Positions 7,629-16,900 of a stretch of DNA of 64,000 nt are shown here, one piece after another. The notes under the pieces were generated by a model. It had not been told where the DNA came from. It worked only from the letters and a program-made list of their open reading frames with translations, and searched no databases. Location of the stretch: the IMG/VR virus record IMGVR_UViG_3300045988_112022. One strand, 5' to 3'. Position 1 is the stretch's first letter, and each line of letters begins with the position of its first letter. Source of the DNA: a virus. Position numbers and translations under genes: made by a program.

Positions 7629-7757
7629 GAGAAAGAAGCGGCAGTAGTGAGTCGTGGGAGAATGTCCCACCAGCTGAGATGCTGTCACATAAGAACTAAG
7701 ACTGGGCGACTCCCAGGCAGGAAATGAACTGTATAAGACCACACTTTCTTTTTTTTT
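7627..7757 (+). ncRNA. candidate structured non-coding RNA (about 130 nt)
   Basis: Box-driven unit with no RBS or ORF. The 5' GAGAGAAAG (7627-7635) pairs with CTTTCTTTT (7744-7752) and is followed by a T-run. Internal hairpins: GTGGGA/TCCCAC, CAGC/GCTG, CTGGG/CCCAG. Confidence 0.35.
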
Positions 7758-7783
7758 CGTTAAATTTACAACCCATATTATGA
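7757..7783 (+). promoter_or_regulatory. TCGCG-N16-TAATGA box, copy 12 (TCGTT variant)
   Basis: TCGTTAAATTTACAACCCATATTATGA. Confidence 0.4.
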
Positions 7784-7800
7784 AGAAAGGAGAGATTAAT

Positions 7801-7878
7801 ATGAGTATACATACGGAAATTAACGGACCTGAAAAGAAGTATTTAGAGGATTTATGCAACACTAGATGGGTAAAATGA
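7801..7878 (+). CDS. possible 25-aa peptide
   Basis: GAAAGGAGAG RBS. Product MSIHTEINGPEKKYLEDLCNTRWVK. Overlaps the next ORF by ATGA. Confidence 0.3.
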   Translation: MSIHTEINGPEKKYLEDLCNTRWVK

Positions 7879-7991
7879 AACAGCCATGTAAGGGTTGCAA
7901 ATATAGATATCCTCTAAACAATAAATTAAGGTGCTGCATATTCCCATCAATACCGAGAGATTGGTCATTCTTGGAAAGAAACGAGTCCTAA
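7875..7991 (+). CDS. possible 38-aa Cys-rich peptide
   Basis: Product MKQPCKGCKYRYPLNNKLRCCIFPSIPRDWSFLERNES. Ends in GAG TCC TAA within the terminator stem. Confidence 0.35.
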   Translation: MKQPCKGCKYRYPLNNKLRCCIFPSIPRDWSFLERNES

Positions 7992-8010
7992 CAAGGGCTC
8001 TTTCTTTTCT
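7983..8010 (+). terminator. terminator, same family
   Basis: GAGTCCTAACAAGGGCTC followed by TTTCTTTTCT. Confidence 0.7.
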
Positions 8011-8036
8011 CGCGAAAAAATCAACTCCTTTAATGA
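8010..8036 (+). promoter_or_regulatory. TCGCG-N16-TAATGA box, copy 13
   Basis: TCGCGAAAAAATCAACTCCTTTAATGA. Confidence 0.5.
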
Positions 8037-8116
8037 GAGAAAGGCGGTTGACTATACCGCATAAACGCTAAGGGCGAGAAGGAATTAAAGACTTAGCACT
8101 TTCTCTTTTACTTTTT
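8035..8116 (+). promoter_or_regulatory. structured 5' leader / attenuator-like element before CDS 8140
   Basis: GAGAGAAAG (8035-8043) pairs with CTTTCTCTT (8099-8107), then TTACTTTTT. Inner hairpins: GCGGT/ACCGC and GCTAAG/CTTAGC. Confidence 0.35.
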
Positions 8117-8139
8117 ACACACGCGAAAGGAGAAATCGT

Positions 8140-8913
8140 ATGAACGTAAAAATGACACTCAGAAGAAACTCACCAAAGCTCCTGGCAATACTCGCTGCGA
8201 TGGGGACGGTATCTACGGCATTCGCAACGGCGAGAGCCACACCAAAAGCACTGTTACTTATTCAGGAGGCGGAAGCTCAAAAAGGAGAGGATTTGACTGC
8301 ACTTGAAAAAGTTAAAGTAGCTGCAGTGCCTTATGTTCCAGCAGTGTTACTTGGCTCGGCTACTATTGCGTGCATATTTGGAGTTCAGATGTTGAATCGA
8401 AAGACTCAATCCTCTATGACCAGTGCATACGCTTTGTTGGATCAGGGCTTTAAAGACTATCGGCGAAAACTTAAGGAATTATACGGTGACGAGGCAGATA
8501 AGAAAGTTATCGAAGCTCTGGCGGTAGAGAAGTCTCAAACAGTATATATCAATGCCTCCTATTTGGATGGACCTTGTGATTTAGCCCTAGAAGAAAATTC
8601 ATCTAAACCGGTTCTCTGGTACGATGAATATTCAAAGAGATTCTTCACAGCCAGTCTCGAACAGGTTCTCATGGCAGAATACCACCTGAACCGAAATTAT
8701 ATTCTCAGAGGAGAAGCTGTGATAAACGAACTGTATGAATTCCTCGGCCTGGAGCCTACTGATTGGGGTGCTGAAGCCGGATGGGCTCCGATGGATGAAG
8801 GAATGTTCTGGATCGAATTCAACCACATTCCGGCAAAACTTGATGATGGTTCCGTCTTTTATATTATTGAAATGCCGTTCGAACCAATTCTGAACTATGA
8901 TGAATATTACTGA
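8140..8913 (+). CDS. membrane-anchored protein, paralogue A of a three-member family (DUF6353-like by recollection)
   Basis: N-terminal SPKLLAILAAMGTVSTAFATARATPKALLL and C-terminal INELYEFLGLEPTDWGAEAGW are shared with CDS 9166 and 11567. Confidence 0.75.
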   Translation: MNVKMTLRRNSPKLLAILAAMGTVSTAFATARATPKALLLIQEAEAQKGEDLTALEKVKVAAVPYVPAVLLGSATIACIFGVQMLNRKTQSSMTSAYALLDQGFKDYRRKLKELYGDEADKKVIEALAVEKSQTVYINASYLDGPCDLALEENSSKPVLWYDEYSKRFFTASLEQVLMAEYHLNRNYILRGEAVINELYEFLGLEPTDWGAEAGWAPMDEGMFWIEFNHIPAKLDDGSVFYIIEMPFEPILNYDEYY

Positions 8914-8914
8914 C

Positions 8915-8941
8915 TCGCGAGAATTCCAACGACTTTAACGG
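8915..8941 (+). promoter_or_regulatory. TCGCG-N16-TAATGA box, copy 14 (degenerate 3' block)
   Basis: TCGCGAGAATTCCAACGACTTTAACGG. Confidence 0.35.
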
Positions 8942-8959
8942 AAAGGAGGTATACTAGAA

Positions 8960-9112
8960 ATGAAGAAATATGATTTAATAAAAATGGCTGGTTGGATTGC
9001 TGTGGCTATTGGCGGATTAGTTGCTAGCTGGGCTACAGATAAGCAGTCGAAAGAAGAAATCGACAAAAAACTTGAAGAGTATATTACCGAGAAAACAGAT
9101 AAGGAGTCCTAA
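8960..9112 (+). CDS. 50-aa membrane peptide
   Basis: GAAAGGAGG RBS. Product MKKYDLIKMAGWIAVAIGGLVASWATDKQSKEEIDKKLEEYITEKTDKES. Ends in GAG TCC TAA. Confidence 0.5.
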   Translation: MKKYDLIKMAGWIAVAIGGLVASWATDKQSKEEIDKKLEEYITEKTDKES

Positions 9113-9128
9113 TGGGCTTCTTATTTTT
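9103..9128 (+). terminator. terminator (degenerate family member)
   Basis: GGAGTCC-TAAT-GGGCTTC followed by TTATTTTT. Confidence 0.5.
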
Positions 9129-9165
9129 GTTTTAACAAAACTATGTTCATTTGAAAGGAGATATC

Positions 9166-9972
9166 ATGAACAAATCTGTAACAAAATTCATTAAAACTGT
9201 GAAACGAGGATTCGGAAAACGAAGTCCTGAGATTCTGCTCGGGATTGGCATTGCGAGCGGCATTACCGCGACTGTCTTAGCGGTTAAAGCTACCCCGAAA
9301 GCATTGGAACTTCTGACTGAAAAGAGATATGAGAAATATGGCGATACGTTGAAAGAAGATGATTCGTACGATGATATGCCAGAACTCAAGCCCGTTGAAG
9401 TAGTCAAAACCACATGGAAATGTTACATTCCAGCAGCTATCAGTGGTGCTGCATCCATCGCTTGTCTGCTCGGATCTCATTCGGTACATGCGAAAAGAAA
9501 TGCCGCACTGGCTACAGCCTATAAATTATCCGAAACGGCACTGAACGAATACCGTGAAAAAGTTGTAGAGGAAATCGGTGAAGAGAAAGAGAAAGTCATC
9601 CGAGATAAAGTTTCCCAGAAACATCTGGACGAGACGCCTGTATCCAAAAACGAAGTGATCATCACAGGGACTGGTAAGCAGCTTTGCTATGACGGCATTT
9701 CCGGACGATATTTTGAATCAGACATTCAGACAATCCGCGCTGCAGTCAACAAGATCAATGAAACCATGGTGTACGAGATGTATGCGGCATTAAATGATTT
9801 CTATAATGAAATCGGTTTGAGTAATACAGACATGGGTGATGAACTTGGCTGGAATCTTGATGATGGTTTACTCGAAATAAGTTACGGAGCCATGGTCGCG
9901 GATGACGGTAGACCTTGCATTACTCTGGACTATCATATTGCGCCGAGATACGACTTCTCAAAGCTTATGTAG
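9166..9972 (+). CDS. membrane-anchored protein, paralogue B
   Basis: Track ORF 9151-9972. GAAAGGAG RBS precedes the ATG at 9166. Motifs: SPEILLGIGIASGITATVLAVKATPKALELL ... NDFYNEIGLSNTDMGDELGW. Confidence 0.75.
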   Translation: MNKSVTKFIKTVKRGFGKRSPEILLGIGIASGITATVLAVKATPKALELLTEKRYEKYGDTLKEDDSYDDMPELKPVEVVKTTWKCYIPAAISGAASIACLLGSHSVHAKRNAALATAYKLSETALNEYREKVVEEIGEEKEKVIRDKVSQKHLDETPVSKNEVIITGTGKQLCYDGISGRYFESDIQTIRAAVNKINETMVYEMYAALNDFYNEIGLSNTDMGDELGWNLDDGLLEISYGAMVADDGRPCITLDYHIAPRYDFSKLM

Positions 9973-9974
9973 AT

Positions 9975-10001
9975 TCGCGAAAAATACATATTGTTTAATG
10001 G
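9975..10001 (+). promoter_or_regulatory. TCGCG-N16-TAATGA box, copy 15
   Basis: TCGCGAAAAATACATATTGTTTAATGG. Confidence 0.45.
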
Positions 10002-10036
10002 AAAGAATATAAAAATCTGAAAGGAGATTATTTAAG

Positions 10037-10345
10037 ATGAAAGAAATCAAAGCAGAAGAGGTTAAAGAAGTTGAGGTAACTACAGAAGAGAATACGGAGA
10101 CAGAAGTAGCCACTGAAGAAGTTAAGGAATCAAAGCTTAAAGCTTTTGGAACGAAAGTAAAAAGCGGGTTACAGAAACACGGAAAGAATATTGCAAAAGG
10201 TGCAGTGATCGGACTGGGTTTGGTAGCAGCTTATGCGATCGGATCAAGAGCTGGAGGCAGCGATGATGATTCTGACGTGGTAGCTGATTCCGATTATGTA
10301 ATCGACGAAGCTGAATCTACCGATGATGAAGCATCAGAAAACTAA
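10037..10345 (+). CDS. acidic protein with central TM helix
   Basis: Track ORF with GAAAGGAG RBS. Glu/Asp-rich termini. Confidence 0.65.
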   Translation: MKEIKAEEVKEVEVTTEENTETEVATEEVKESKLKAFGTKVKSGLQKHGKNIAKGAVIGLGLVAAYAIGSRAGGSDDDSDVVADSDYVIDEAESTDDEASEN

Positions 10346-10363
10346 GATTTATATTCTCTAACA

Positions 10364-10401
10364 GGGGAGTACCTATAACAAGGTATTCCTCTTTTTGTTT
10401 T
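10364..10401 (+). terminator. rho-independent terminator
   Basis: GGGGAGTACCT..AGGTATTCCTC followed by TTTTTGTTTT. Confidence 0.6.
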
Positions 10402-10420
10402 CAACGGAAAGGAGCGTATC

Positions 10421-10612
10421 ATGCCCAGGTATATTTACAAAGGTCCGGTCATGGAATTCAACACTCTTCTTGCTGATATTTGGGAGGGAGAGACTGTTGC
10501 TCCTTCTGAGAAGAAAGCAAGGAGTAATTTAACATATCAGTTTAAGAAAAGAAATAACCGTATTGCGGGAACACGCATAACGTTACCCGGAAAAATTATG
10601 ATGGTTGATTAA
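10421..10612 (+). CDS. hypothetical protein
   Basis: Track ORF with GGAAAGGAG RBS. Confidence 0.6.
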   Translation: MPRYIYKGPVMEFNTLLADIWEGETVAPSEKKARSNLTYQFKKRNNRIAGTRITLPGKIMMVD

Positions 10613-10625
10613 GAGAGGAGAACTC

Positions 10626-11216
10626 ATGGAAGATTATAAATCAAATTCCCATAAAGCAAAAGCTGAAGCTAAAGAAGCTGCTGAGAAAAAAGTAAATAAG
10701 GTCGTTACCGGTAATGTTAAGAGAAAAAAGAAGAGTGAGGTAAGCAAATTCAAAGATGTATTTATCTCCGAGGATGTATCTAATGTCAAAACTTATATTT
10801 TTCTTGACGTGCTGGTACCGGCAATCAAGAAAGCTGTCTCAGATATTGTGAAAGACGGAATCGATATGATGTTATATGGAGACAAACGAAGCAGCAGTCG
10901 TGGCTCATCCAGTTATGTATCATATAGATCATATTCCGATAACACGAGTCGTAACTCAAGAAGGTCGATAAGAGCCAGCTACGATTTTGATGATGTGGTG
11001 TTCGATACCCGAGGCGAGGCTGATGAAGTGTTATCCAGCATGGACGAATTGATGGATACTTACGGAGTTGTCAGTGTTGCTGATATGTATGATTTATGTG
11101 GCATGACTTGTAACTACACAGACAATAAATACGGTTGGAAGAGCCTTGCCAGAGCTGATATCTTAAGTGTTCGGGACGGTTACATGATCAAACTTCCAAA
11201 GGCAGAACCGATTTAA
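10626..11216 (+). CDS. hypothetical protein (basic N-terminus, Ser/Arg-rich centre)
   Basis: Track ORF 10605-11216. GAGAGGAG RBS precedes the ATG at 10626. Confidence 0.65.
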   Translation: MEDYKSNSHKAKAEAKEAAEKKVNKVVTGNVKRKKKSEVSKFKDVFISEDVSNVKTYIFLDVLVPAIKKAVSDIVKDGIDMMLYGDKRSSSRGSSSYVSYRSYSDNTSRNSRRSIRASYDFDDVVFDTRGEADEVLSSMDELMDTYGVVSVADMYDLCGMTCNYTDNKYGWKSLARADILSVRDGYMIKLPKAEPI

Positions 11217-11225
11217 GGAGAAGAT

Positions 11226-11567
11226 ATGGAAGATCTAAAAGAGATTATTTTAAAAACTGAATACAGTAATAAATTCGATGAGATTAGAAAAAACCTCGTC
11301 GTGCAGTCATATTTCAAATACGGGAAAGCTTCAAGAAATTTCGTAGCAGGGTATGTGGATGCGATTGGATCGCTTAAAAAGTGTATTCAGAAATTTGAAG
11401 AAACAGGTAACTTAGAATATCTGGCAGACGCTGCAAACTATTGCATGTTCAGATACATGTATCCACAAACAGGAGAATATTTCAAGCATACTGATTCCAA
11501 CGAATCTGCCGGAATTGATGGTATGTCAGTAAAAGAAATCGAAGAGTTTAAAAAGGAGAACGAATAA
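11226..11567 (+). CDS. hypothetical protein, possibly an all-alpha NTP pyrophosphohydrolase (MazG/DUF550-like)
   Basis: KYGKASRNF...NLEYLADAANYCMF resembles the family signature. Weak, from memory. Confidence 0.5.
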   Translation: MEDLKEIILKTEYSNKFDEIRKNLVVQSYFKYGKASRNFVAGYVDAIGSLKKCIQKFEETGNLEYLADAANYCMFRYMYPQTGEYFKHTDSNESAGIDGMSVKEIEEFKKENE

Positions 11568-12499
11568 TGAAAAAATTAGCATTTATGAATACTATTTCCA
11601 GATCAGCACACAGAATGGCATTTAAGCTTCAGAAACACAGCCCGGAAATCCTTGTGGTGGCTGGAGTAATCGGCGCGGTGGCAAGTGCAGTGATGGCTTG
11701 CAAGGCCACAACTAAACTGGGCGATATTTTAGACGACTCCAGAGATAAAATTGATTCCATTCATGATGTGATTGAGAATCCGGATAAGGTTAATGCGGAG
11801 TATACACAGGAAGACGGAAACAAAGATCTTGCTATTGTATATACGCAGACCGCTCTGAAGGTTGCTAAAGTTTATGCTCCTGCGGTTATTCTCGGAGGAT
11901 TATCTATCACGGCTATTCTTACGTCTAACAATATTCTCAGAAAGAGGAACATTGCACTGGCTGCAGCTTACACAGCAGTCGACAAAAGCTTCAAAGAATA
12001 TCGTGGAAGAGTCGTTGAAAGATTCGGAAAGGAATTGGATAAAGAGCTCCGTTACAACATCAAAGCTAAGGAAGTGGAAGAGACTGTTACCGACGAAAAA
12101 GGTAACGAAAAAACTGTGAAAAAGACTGTCGACGTAGTAGATCCAAATGCCATCAGTGAATTTGCGAAATTCTTCGATGATGGATGCATTGGATGGACCA
12201 AAGATCCGGAACTCAATATGATTTTCTTACGCCAGCAGGAAGCAGCGGCAACTAAACGTCTGGAAGATCGTGGACATTTATTCTTGAATGAAGTATACGA
12301 TATGCTTGGCATCCCACACACAAGAGCAGGTCAGATTGTAGGATGGATCTATGATAAAAAGAATCCGATCGGTGATAACTATGTCGATTTCGGCATTTAC
12401 GATACTAGCAAAGAAGCGAATCGTAACTTTGTGAACGGATACGAAAGAACAATTCTGCTTGATTTCAATGTTGATGGAAACATCCTTGATCTAATGTGA
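11567..12499 (+). CDS. membrane-anchored protein, paralogue C
   Basis: SPEILVVAGVIGAVASAVMACKATTKLGDIL ... NEVYDMLGIPHTRAGQIVGW. Confidence 0.75.
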   Translation: MKKLAFMNTISRSAHRMAFKLQKHSPEILVVAGVIGAVASAVMACKATTKLGDILDDSRDKIDSIHDVIENPDKVNAEYTQEDGNKDLAIVYTQTALKVAKVYAPAVILGGLSITAILTSNNILRKRNIALAAAYTAVDKSFKEYRGRVVERFGKELDKELRYNIKAKEVEETVTDEKGNEKTVKKTVDVVDPNAISEFAKFFDDGCIGWTKDPELNMIFLRQQEAAATKRLEDRGHLFLNEVYDMLGIPHTRAGQIVGWIYDKKNPIGDNYVDFGIYDTSKEANRNFVNGYERTILLDFNVDGNILDLM

Positions 12500-12576
12500 A
12501 TGACAGGACTCAATAGTATTGGGTCGGGGAATACCTATAGGGATATTTACGATCGCGTTTGGTGAAAGGAGAAATC

Positions 12577-12828
12577 ATGACAGGTAGAGAACTTATCATA
12601 TTCATTCTGGAAAATAATTTGGAAAACGTGTCCATATTCGATGGTGATACGCTTCCTGGTCTTATGACCCTGGACGAAGCTGCTGTCAAATGGCATAGTG
12701 GCAGAAATACTTTAAAAGCTCTTTTCGAAATGGGAAAAATACCCGGAGTGATAATCGACGAAAAGATTTATATTCATAAGAGCGTAGAGAACCCATTTTC
12801 AAAGGAAGGGAAAGACCATGATAAATAA
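12577..12828 (+). CDS. hypothetical protein (possible HTH)
   Basis: Track ORF 12559-12828. AAAGGAG RBS precedes the ATG at 12577. Confidence 0.55.
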   Translation: MTGRELIIFILENNLENVSIFDGDTLPGLMTLDEAAVKWHSGRNTLKALFEMGKIPGVIIDEKIYIHKSVENPFSKEGKDHDK

Positions 12829-13372
12829 AATTCTTATATTTGCTGCAGGAGTCGCTATTGGCTCCGCAGTAACATGGAAACTCGTAAAGGGTAAATATAA
12901 AAAACTGGCTGACGAGGAAATTGCTTCAGTAAAGGAAGTATGGAGTAAGAAACATCCGGCTAGTGAAGGTATCGCTGAGGCATGTGTAAAAGAAGGCGTG
13001 GACGTTGATGTTACGCTACAACCTAGAAAGAATCCGGATTTCAAAGATTATAGAGCGATGCAGGAAATCATTGATAAAAATAGTTATAAAGAGGAGGATT
13101 ATATGGATAAATATGTTATTTCACCGGAAGAATTCGGCGAAAGCGAACTTCCATCTGAAAGCCTGACATATTGGGCGGATGGAATTGTTACTGATGAGGC
13201 AAATTGTGTTATGGATGAAGACGACATTGAAGAAACTATTGGAAGTGATGCTCTGAATCATTTCGGTGAATATGAGGACGATTCGGTATTTGTCAGAAAC
13301 GAAACACTGGATAAAGAGTATGAGATTCTCATGGACACTCGAAGATTCAGTGACGTCTATCCTACACGATAG
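12818..13372 (+). CDS. hypothetical protein with N-terminal TM helix
   Basis: Track ORF. Confidence 0.65.
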   Translation: MINKILIFAAGVAIGSAVTWKLVKGKYKKLADEEIASVKEVWSKKHPASEGIAEACVKEGVDVDVTLQPRKNPDFKDYRAMQEIIDKNSYKEEDYMDKYVISPEEFGESELPSESLTYWADGIVTDEANCVMDEDDIEETIGSDALNHFGEYEDDSVFVRNETLDKEYEILMDTRRFSDVYPTR

Positions 13373-13383
13373 GAGAAGAATGG

Positions 13384-13935
13384 ATGGATAAAAACAATAT
13401 TATCAACGAATATTTCGAATGGATGACTAATATTGTCTGCGGAAAGAGGTTTTCAGGCAAGATGACTTATAAAAAACTTCTTTCATGCTTACATATGATT
13501 ACGTTCAGATGTGAAATGCGAAGCGACGAAAACCGAGCTGAGGATGGCGTAGATCTTAGATGGCGATTTGCTGTCGATACAGACAGAGAAAATCAGAATG
13601 ATTGGATTAGAGATTGTCTCGAAGGTCCATGCAGTGTTCTGGAGATGATGGTGGCTTTGGCCATTAGGATCGAGGAGACTATCATGGACAATCCGGCACT
13701 CGGCGATCGAACCGGGCAATGGTTTTGGGGAATGATCACGACCATGGGCCTTGGAGCTATGAACGATAATAATTTTGATAAGAAATCTGCTGGAAATATC
13801 GTAAATACATTTCTGGATAGACAGTATAAGTCAGACGGGGATGGCGGTTTATTCAGAATTCGAGGCGTTGACGTGGATTTAACAAAAGTGGACATTTGGA
13901 CACAATTGTGCTGGTATCTCGACAGCATATCTTAA
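13384..13935 (+). CDS. hypothetical protein
   Basis: Track ORF of 183 aa, immediately upstream of the replication fusion gene. Confidence 0.65.
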   Translation: MDKNNIINEYFEWMTNIVCGKRFSGKMTYKKLLSCLHMITFRCEMRSDENRAEDGVDLRWRFAVDTDRENQNDWIRDCLEGPCSVLEMMVALAIRIEETIMDNPALGDRTGQWFWGMITTMGLGAMNDNNFDKKSAGNIVNTFLDRQYKSDGDGGLFRIRGVDVDLTKVDIWTQLCWYLDSIS

Positions 13936-13960
13936 ATCTTGAAAGGAGAAGCATAGTGTA

Positions 13961-16900
13961 ATGATTGATTTCATGAAGATTTCGACGCGCCAAGTGAAAA
14001 AGGGTGTCACCGAGATATTCCCTAAATTTGTTCTGAAGAAATCGTCGGATCTCATGATACGGGGCGGCGATTTCTATGCTGTTTGGAATGAAGATACTGG
14101 TCTCTGGTCTACTGACGAAGAAGACGTGATCAACATGATTGATGCCGCATTATATGAATATACGAAAAAACAGGAAGAACACGCGATTGATGAACTTAAC
14201 ACAAAATATATGTGGGATTCAAATTCCGGTTCTATAGACGCCTGGCATAAATATTGCCAAAAGCAGATGCGAGACAACTATCATCCACTAGACGAGAAAA
14301 TTATATTTGGTGATACCAAGACGACCAAAAAGGATTACGCCAGTCGAACGCTCAGTTATCCGCTGAGAGAATGTGATATTTCAGGATACGAAAGGCTTAT
14401 GTCTACTTTATATTCTCCGGAAGAGCGAAAGAAAATCGAATGGGCCATCGGCGCAGTTATCGAAGGGGATTCCAAGAATATTCAAAAATTTATGGTTCTT
14501 TATGGTTCTGCGGGAACCGGTAAATCAACAGTCTTAAATATTATACAGCAGTTATTTGAGGGTTATTATTCGGTCTTTGACGCTAAGGCGTTGGGATCGG
14601 CTAATAACTCTTTTGCGTTAGAGGCGTTTAAAGCAAATCCGCTTATCGCAATTCAACATGATGGAGATTTATCCAAAATTGAGGATAACACTCGATTAAA
14701 CAGTCTTGTATCTCATGAACTTATGACTGTAAATGAGAAGTTTAAATCTACTTATGCGAATAGATTTAACGCTTTCTTATTTATGGGAACCAATAAGCCG
14801 GTAAAGATTACGGACAGCAAATCTGGTTTACTCAGACGATTGATCGATGTCACGCCATCCGGCAATAAACTCGACCAGAGAGAATATTCAGATTGTATGG
14901 ATAAAATCCCTTTTGAGCTTCCGGGAATTGCGTATCACTGTCATCAGGTATATTTGGCGAATAAACATGTGTACGATTCATACGTTCCGACGCTGATGAT
15001 GGGTGCTACGAACGATTTCTATAATTTCATGATTGATTCATTCAGTGTGTTTAAAAAGAATGACGGAACGACTCTCAAAACTGCCTGGGAGATGTATAAG
15101 GTGTATTGCGACGAGACCAAGGTACCGTATCCATATTCTCAGAGAGTGTTCAAAGAAGAGCTTAGGAATTATTTCTGGAATTTCGACGAGGAATTTGACA
15201 GTGAATCTCAGGCTCGGAATGTATATTCAGGGTTCCGACTTGATAAATTCGAGAAGGATATGAGGAGTGAGAAGAAAGATGATGGAGAGAAGACGAAAGG
15301 CACTATTGAATTTATGGAGGGAATATCTTCAAAATTCGATATCCTTGCGGGAGATTATTTGGCTCAATACGCCAATGAAAAGGAAACCCCTACCAAACCA
15401 TGGGATGTTGTTACCACGAGGTTACACGACATCAATGTTCATAAATTACATTATGTCAAGGTTCCAGAGAATCATATAGTCATTGATTTTGATATTAAGG
15501 ATGAATCCGGTAATAAATCATTCGAGAAAAATCTGGCTGCAGCAAGCAAATGGCCGGCTACATATGCTGAGTTAAGTAAAAGTGGCGCAGGGATTCACCT
15601 TCATTATATTTATGATGGCGATTCAACACTGCTCAACCGTCTTTACGACAAAGACATTGAAATAAAGGTATTCACAGGAAAAAGTTCACTCAGGAGAAAG
15701 CTTACAAAATGCAATGATTTACCTATTGCACATATTAGCTCAGGACTTCCTTTGAAGGAGGAAGGAAAAAAAGTGATAAATATTGAAGGATTTAAAAACG
15801 AACAGAGTCTCAGAACTACCATAAAAAGAAATCTCGAAAAAGAATATCATCACGACACTCGAAGTAGTGTTGATTTTATCAATAAGCTTCTCAATGATGC
15901 TTATGCCAGCGACAAAGCATATGATGTATCCGATATGAGAAATGCTGTATATTCTTTCGCAGCCCAAAGCACCAATCAGGCTGATTATTGTCTGAGACTT
16001 GTAAGCAAAATGAAATTTAAATCTGAAGAACCGGCGGTAGCGCTCACAAACGATGAGAAGCCGCTGGTTTTTTATGATTGCGAGGTATTTCCTAACTTGT
16101 TCCTGGTTAACTGGAAAGTACAGGGAGAGGGAAAGCCTATCGTAAGGCTGATAAATCCACGACCGCAGGACATTGAAGAACTTATCAAATTCCGGTTGGT
16201 AGGATTTAATTGTCGTAGATATGATAATCATATGTTATATGCTTGTATGATGGGGTATACGAACGAGCAGCTGTATGATTTATCCCAGAAAATTGTAAAT
16301 ACGAAAAAAGGCGACAGTCGAAAGGTATTGTTCGGCGAGGCGTACAATATTTCATATACTGATATTTATGATTTCGCTTCTGCGGGTAACAAAAAGAGCT
16401 TGAAAAAACTTGAGATCGAAATGGGGATTCACCATCAGGAGCTTGGACTTCCGTGGGACAAGCCTGTGCCTAAAGAATTATGGCAGAAAGTAGCGGAGTA
16501 TTGTGATAACGATGTCCTGGCGACGGAAGCTGCATGGGATTACCTGAAAAGTGATTTTATTGCAAGAGAGATTCTGGCTGATCTGGCCGGATTGACTGTG
16601 AACGACACCACCAATACTCTGACTCAGAGATTTATATTTGGTAATAATAAGCATCCTCAGAACGAGTTTCAGTATCGTAACTTGGCTGAGCCTGTATATG
16701 AGTTAGATCCGGAAGTAAAGGCCTTCCTTGAGAAATCCTGTAGGGAAATGATGGCCGAACCTCACGGAGAAGCCTGCAGCTTGTTGCCATATTTTCCGGG
16801 CTACAAATACGAAAATGGTGTTTCTACATATCGTGGAGAAGAAGTTGGCGAGGGCGGTTATGTATACGCCGAACCAGGCATGTATGGAAACGTAGCGTTG

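Noticed and set aside
7551-7862. 103-aa minus-strand ORF spanning the candidate sRNA.
   Set aside because: It would run antisense through two terminators and two box elements. It has no RBS and its sequence is low-complexity.
12548-12580. TCGCG followed 16 nt later by ATCATG upstream of CDS 12577, as another box copy.
   Set aside because: The 3' block does not match T(A/T)ATGA and the spacer lacks the central ACA. The ATG here is the real start codon, so the resemblance is coincidental.
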